NCBI GenBank assembly: GCA_030141605.1
Contig: JAQGDQ010000575.1
Location: 62,001-126,000, forward strand
DNA from: Tubiluchus corallicola
Lineage: Eukaryota > Animalia > Priapulida
Length of the DNA stretch: 64,000 bases
Direction: 5' to 3'
Below the pieces are notes generated by a model. It had not been told where the DNA came from, searched no databases, and was given only the letters and a program-made list of their open reading frames with translations. A program made the translations under genes and the position numbers. This document shows, in pieces, positions 57,805 to 64,000 of this stretch. Within the stretch, counting starts at the first letter, position 1. Each line of letters starts with the position of its first letter.

Positions 57805-58193
57805 TAGGGGCGAGCATTCTCTTCCAGAAAGCGAATTCGAATCAAATCGAATTTGTGACTTTCGAATTCAAAGCGAACCGAATTTCAGTATTTCGAATCC
57901 GAACGAATTTAAATTGAGTATGAAGTATTTCAGAATAAGTTTTCGAACCAGTAGTAAAAAATGGTCTTACAAAGATTATGCAAATTACTTGGTTTTGTTC
58001 TGCAGTAAATTCACTATTAGTTTGTCAAAAATTTTGCTCAATGCTGCAGCTAAATTGTGCTAATTGCATGCTGTTTCAAACATTTCAATGATTCAGAACG
58101 TACGTGATTGAAGTGCTGAATTATTCGAATCTATAATTTTAGGTTCGAATCGAATTCGAACGTTCGAGCTCGAACCTTCGATGCTCACCTCTA
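57805..58193. mobile_element. hAT-type TTCGAA-rich MITE
   Basis: TIR TAGGGGCGAGCAT / ATGCTCACCTCTA; flanking 8-mers TCCGTGTC and CTCGTGTC match 6/8. Confidence 0.85.
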
Positions 58194-58769
58194 CTCGTGT
58201 CCTGCTACAATCATTTTCACTCTTCCCTCTCACCAACATAATGAACTGCTCGGAAACCTGGCAATCACTAAACTTTGAGCAATATGCAAATTTGACCAAA
58301 CGAAGCATACTTATGTCTTAGATGACTAAACGAATGCGTATAGTAGCACATAGGTGCTACTCATCTATAGTATCTTGGCGCACATAGGTTGTCAAAGCGT
58401 GTTTAACAGTCGAAGCTGAGCAACGCCTAGTCAGTGAATGGATCTGTGACCTCCTGATTTCATACACGCTCTCGGCAGTTTCATTCCCCACACCGATTCT
58501 GGCTGCTTACTTCGCTCGAGGGAGGATGCATTCACATCCACTGTGGCCTCTTTCGGGGTACCATGCCTCATCTCAGAGGCATTTCTTTATTACGCGTTAG
58601 ATTCCGTTCCCGCTACAAATATCAACATTAAGCAGGCGTTGCCATTGAATGTTTGCAGCGTGACGAATTGAAAAAAAAAATCCGAAGTATTACATCTATA
58701 TTGTACGTACCTTTAACTGACTTATCATCTAATTATTCAAACGCATTTTTATTATAGTACTATACTTAC

Positions 58770-58894
58770 GTTAAGTAGTTCCTATACAATTGCCAGGAAA
58801 CCACGCGCACAAACTCTGCCTCTGAAACCCAGGAAGCCAGTAATCCACATTAATGTTCTTGTAAGCGAGTCTTGGCTACTAGCAAGGATCAAGG
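58770..58894 (-). promoter_or_regulatory. Putative non-coding first exon and promoter of esterase gene 5
   Basis: GTAAGTA donor at 58768-58769; TACAA..CCAGG...CCACGC shared with the gene 1/2 first exons; GATCAAGG at 58887-58894. Confidence 0.5.
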
Positions 58895-60042
58895 CTGAAA
58901 CAATTTTTAGGTAAAAATAGACAGACTTTTGCTTCAGCTGCAACCGGGTGTTGAAAGATTGTTAGTTTCTACACGCCTGGGAAGCTCACCCGCTAATGGT
59001 GGCTTATTTGTACTGGTGACACTGCTAAAATTGCATCCAAGACGCTTCTCATATACATTCTGTGTTTTTCTATCCTAATTGCCCCAAACTAGACGTCTGG
59101 CACTCAGAGTAAGGAGCTACTGTAGGAGAAAAAGAAAAATATGAATACGTGTTCAGAGAAATGGAATTTTTATAAGTAATTTGCTAATGATATGAAGAAA
59201 TTGTCAACATTCTTCTTGAAACGGCACAAACTGTGAAGTTGTGATTAAAGGAAAACAATTTTCTGCTAAAGAATTTCATGGATAAGAAGTCGGGGGAATG
59301 GCCTACAAACTAGCAGCTCTGTGTAGTCTGTGGTTTATATCACGTAATAGATATGTTTATATGCACTTTTGAGTGTGCATTTTTTTGATACTTTCATTAT
59401 ATGTTGTCATACCATCAGGAAATACGAAAGGAAATACTTATCAAATTTTCTAACTGTCGTAATGAATTTCGACATGACCTCATTTTTCTAAAAGATCGAA
59501 TTTACTTCTTTATGTAATTTAATTTATTTAATTTTTCGTCAACATGATATTTCTTTCACTAACCAATCATTCCACCCAAACTCAGTGAAACAATTAAAAT
59601 GTACAGAGACACAAGTATAAAAAAACGAAAATGGAAATTCCTATTTGTTTAGTAAACCGTAGGAGTAATGTTTACAAAATAAACGCATTAAAAAATGACG
59701 TGTACAACAGAAATTAACTTACGTTTACATAATTTTAATTATAAAATTTCGGTTAGTACCAGTGGTAAAGAAAAGCCCTCTCTGTTTTACTGTTTACCTG
59801 AAACAAAGTACTGCGTGATTTAAAGGTACAGGTTAAAATACAGGGAAAGAAGTTATATTGGTTTCAGCCAACTGCCTGATCAACTGTTGTAGGCTAACTG
59901 TCATCCAACACTATGAGGAAAGTACATGCATTATTGATCATTAGTAGGCAAACAAGCAATAGTCGTGGGTAGCCTAGTAACTGGCTACCATTAGTGGTGA
60001 GCGGCAGCTGACAGAAGCAGCGGACTAGTGGTACGTCAAAGC

Positions 60043-60131
60043 AGTTTTCACAGAGGTCACTCCTCCATTTACTGGCTAGGCTGTGCGTTGCTTAACTTCA
60101 GTTCTAAGCACACACTGCGACCACTTAGCTG
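60043..60131 (-). mobile_element. Old SINE head: tRNA-like A box joined to a 5S-derived region
   Basis: Minus strand CAGCTAAGTGGT...TGAAGTTAAGCAACG...CAGTAAATGGAGGAGTGACC...GAAAACT; homologous to 15631-15720. Confidence 0.55.
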
Positions 60132-61408
60132 TTACCTTACAGATAAAACCCTCTCCTTAGATGGTTGTCCGTAATAATGAGAAAGACCCCAGTCCTGCCA
60201 CAATAAGTGGGTATTGTACTGTTGTAACTTAGTACTGTAAGTAACTTAACAATTGGAGTTGAGCAGCACAGAAACCTGTCAGTAAATGGACTAGTGACTG
60301 ACATGGAAATTTCTTCTACCAAGCCTAATCCACTGTTTCTACCAGCTGTTGTCCGTCACTAGTGTTAACCCAACCACTAGGCTATCTATTATTAATGTAC
60401 CCATGCACCAATAATCGATGATGCGCGAACGTTCTACATAGCATAATGTTCAGTAGGCAGCTGGCAGAAACGACAGTAGTTTGAGATGTTATACTGCATT
60501 TCGTATTGTATTTGTGATGTATGTAGTATTTGTTTGATTTAAATAGAGATGTCTGAGGTTTGTGAATATGTACATATAATAATTTGACATTCTTAATTCC
60601 AATTTTTTATATGCTTTATAAAGTTTTACAGTGCTGAACATTAGAATGTGTTGTTCCCTGATTTCATGTATTAAAGTAAACATTTTAGAAAACAATCCCA
60701 ATCACAGCACTTGTTTCTCAAATAAGTAACATTAGGCCTGCTTACCATAGAAAATAGCAAAAAAAGTGACATCAACAAATTTACGGGTTTTGAATTCACA
60801 AAAAATACTCTTTAAAATCGTGTTCACAGGCCGAAACTAACAGTAAGATTACTCGACACAGCAAGCAGCTTGAAATGATTTTGAAATTTCAAAACTTAAA
60901 TACACCTGTTGACAGGGGCATTGTGTGGGACATGTAAAGGTTAATTTATCACAACTAAATTAATTAAGTTTTCATAACGAATTACTTAAATGACATCTAT
61001 GCGAGCATCAAAAGGCAAGAACTATTATAATTTCACAATAGCTTTCTGTTGTGGAGTTTATTCTGGAATATTCCATTGTATAGTAGAACAATCTTCTTAC
61101 CTTGTAGAAGTTTCTTGTAGAAGATTCTAGAACTTTCTAGTTAATTCCCTGGCACTGATATATAAGGCGGAGCTGGCCGCTGAAGTACATTCTCTGATTC
61201 TCTGATTCTCTCAAATTCTCTTGTATGCTCGTATTCTCAGATTCTCAGATGCGCTTCACGTTTCCAGATTATCACATTTACTGTGAACATTTCGCGTTCC
61301 TTCATACTTTTGTGTTGTAGAATTCTCGTATAATAAACTAGTTTAATTTGATGAAGTGTTTTCTGGTTTTCTCTACGAGCCTTCCGAGAGAAACAAAACA
61401 CAACACTT

Positions 61409-63658
61409 TCACAACATCTCCTGCAGATATGACATAGGATATATGGCTCCCTCTTTCTTACCTACTAACGTGTACACGTCATACTTGCCCTTCCCTTTTA
61501 CATTAATAGGTTTGCGGTATTTGAATTCATATATCTCACTTAACACATCTATACAGTCTTCTGGTACTTGGATATGTCCAGAGAGTCCTTGGCTTTCCAT
61601 ACGTGAAGCCATATTCACTGTATCACCCCAGATGTCATATAGCAGTTTAGTGGTGCCTATGACACCGGCGGTTACTGCTCCAAAATAATATCCAACACGC
61701 ATAATAAAGTCGAACCCTGTTAAAGATTTATTAAAAATTTTTAGAGTTTTTTGCATCTCAATAGCAAAGTCCATCAGCTCGAACAGATGCGCGTATTTAT
61801 GTGTGTTTCGCAAGTAGGGATTCAGTCCAGAAGCAGCCATGTACGTACTACCTATTGTCTTTATCTTTTCCACCCCCACAAACTCTGAAGGGTCAAGGAG
61901 GTCATCAAAATCGGCAATGATTTCATGCAGGTGACGTATATACTCTTGACCACCTTTGAAGCTCTCGTCGCACAGTTCCGAGAAGTTTACGATACTTGCA
62001 AAGATGACTCCAGCACATTCATGGTTGCACGAATACTCACCCGTGCTCTCCAGACTGCATAACACATATTCTGGAATGATGTTATGCAACAACGCGTCAG
62101 CACGGTTCCTCAGCATCTGAATTTTCACTTTGTCTTTTGCAGCTTTCATGTACGCATGGTAAGAGATGCGGTGAGTTTTTTCGAGTTCTCGATTTAGAAA
62201 AAAGACCAACAAGAGTGAAAGCATGACATGAAGAATAATCTCTAACTTAAAATTATTATCATTTTCTGTAAATAGTCCTACTGAATGGAAAAATCGATTC
62301 TTTGTTCCTAGTGACGTCACAGTGGAATTGTTTAAAATGGAGTCCGGCGAACATGGAGAGGTATTTATTAGGATCAGTAATACGATGCCACGATCATGGC
62401 TAGAAACGACTTCATCCAACAAGCCAGTTGTGTAAAATTACAAAAATGCAAAATTGTAATTAGCACCATACAAGAAAAAAGGCTAGACACCGCAGAAGTG
62501 TGTAACGAAAAGCAGTAGAAATTACTAAATACGGCCAGTGAAGGAATGCTAATAACAAATGCGCCAATCATATGTCGAGCTCGCCAGTCAGCAAAGAAAT
62601 ATGACAACTTATCAAAACACTGTAAACCTACGTGGTTACAAAATATATTTTTTGACAAAGAAAGTATGAGAATGACTTGGAAGAACAATGCAATGGGAAA
62701 GAATATTAGCCAAGCTAAATTGTCCTCAAAAAGTACAAAGCACGTGACTGATACAATACTGAATATAATCAATGCAACTGCCATATCAAGAAAAGTTGTG
62801 AAATTTGGAGATGAAAATGTTCTCACAGGCTGCACAGCTTCCTCTCTATAATGTCCTCTGTAATCATTTTCAATTTTATCATCCTTGAAATTCAGGCACC
62901 AGTTGTTAATCGGGAGCCTGAAGAAGTAATCCTCTTCCTCAAGATGCGGAACCACAGCCTCTATCAGCTGTTGGTAATGAGTCATGATGCTTTCGTTGTG
63001 GTCATCATCAACATTGACATTGCTGAGTTTATCTTCTGTGCAAAGTTCGATGAGATAGTTATCAATATAGGCATTACTTTGCATTTTTTCTGTGCAGGGA
63101 TGTCTTGTCAGTGTATGTAAGACGGTAAGTGTCTCTCCACTTGCATTCAGCTAAAATGGCAAAATAAAACTACTGTAATGTGCGAAAATTGACCAAGTTT
63201 ATACATTATGCTAAGTCGAGCAAAGAAAACATTACTGTGGACATTAGCAACACTTGAAAATTAAGTTTCAAAAGTTTGTAATATCCAAACATATGCCTGC
63301 TAGTCTACACTAACCAACTCTACAATGTGTCACTATTTTTGACTGTGTTAGTTGAAGCAAACATGGGAAGCAGAGGATGCATATGTCATCACACAATAAA
63401 TGTAAACAACTATTTTGGCAAGTAAAACTTTTGTAATTAATGAAAAGATTTGAAAATTTAATGTTCAATTTGTTTAAATTCACCTGTTTATCGACATGAG
63501 AATCTGTGAGACTTTTGGCACCTCGGAAACTAAAACTGCTGTCTTCCCCGCTTGTGCTTGTCCACAGTGATCTGCTTTTGTTGGTAAGGCTATTTTTCAT
63601 ACCCGACAATGACGTTAACATTTGCGAAGTTTCCACTGAGCTGTAAAGATCAAAATTC
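61409..63658 (-). CDS. ADCY9: Adenylate cyclase type 9-like, 3' part (C1b, M2, C2a) with a 1-nt frameshift near 62390; 5' part lies beyond the window
   Basis: KIKTIGSTYMAASGL, AGVIGTTKLLYDIWGDTVN.ASRM, VKGKG, GVIFASIVNFSE and PINxxxLNF...TFSSP are AC9-type motifs. Final exon 63150-61409 (acceptor 63151-63152, phase 0); preceding exon ends at 63484 (CAG|GTGAAT), its acceptor uncertain (63659 or 63641). Confidence 0.85.
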
Positions 63659-63784
63659 CTTGAAGTATTTATGAGTAAATTCCAAGTTACCCAGAAAAGG
63701 TAGTTATTGAAAAGTGTATTAAGTGTTGCCTTGGGTGATTTAAGTTTGTTAACAGTTGAGATACGACACATTACATGACACTAG

Positions 63785-63874
63785 GAGAGAGAGAGGGGAT
63801 CAAAACCAGCAGAGAGAAATAAAGAGAGAGAGAAAAGAGACACAGAAAGATGAGAAAGAGCGAGTGAGAGAGAC

Positions 63875-63929
<55 letters not shown>

Positions 63930-64000
63930 AGAGAGAGGGAGAGAGAGAGAGAGAGGGAGGGAGGGGAGAGAGAGAGAGGGAGGAGAGAGAGAGAGAGAGA
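63785..64000. repeat. Compound (GA)n tract, probably intronic
   Basis: Read directly; runs off the window end. Confidence 0.95.

Overview
AT-rich, intron-containing animal genomic DNA. The 5S-derived heads look like the lophotrochozoan invertebrate type, but taxonomy is inference only. The core of the window (18.7-58.9 kb) is a minus-strand tandem array of five cholinesterase-like (carboxylesterase type B) genes. Each has a probable non-coding first exon, one large coding exon, a 161-170 bp exon and a short terminal exon. All five keep the Ser-Glu-His triad but share a non-canonical nucleophile elbow (EG[V/F/I]SAG instead of FGESAG) and Tyr at the choline-binding Trp position. Two paralogs end in a GPI-type signal; three stop just after a conserved Cys and are predicted secreted. 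The array contains two recent duplications: one pair flanks a decayed Penelope-like retroelement, the other is head-to-tail. Other content: 5S rRNA-headed SINEs with an RTE-like body (one copy almost completely deleted, with templated filler), hAT-type MITEs with 8-bp TSDs, LINE fragments, minisatellites, long (GA)n tracts, a probable first coding exon of an unidentified gene at 13.5 kb, and the 3' half of an adenylate cyclase type 9-like gene with a 1-nt frameshift. Most short ORFs in the track are spurious. All alignments were done by eye; no database searches were run.
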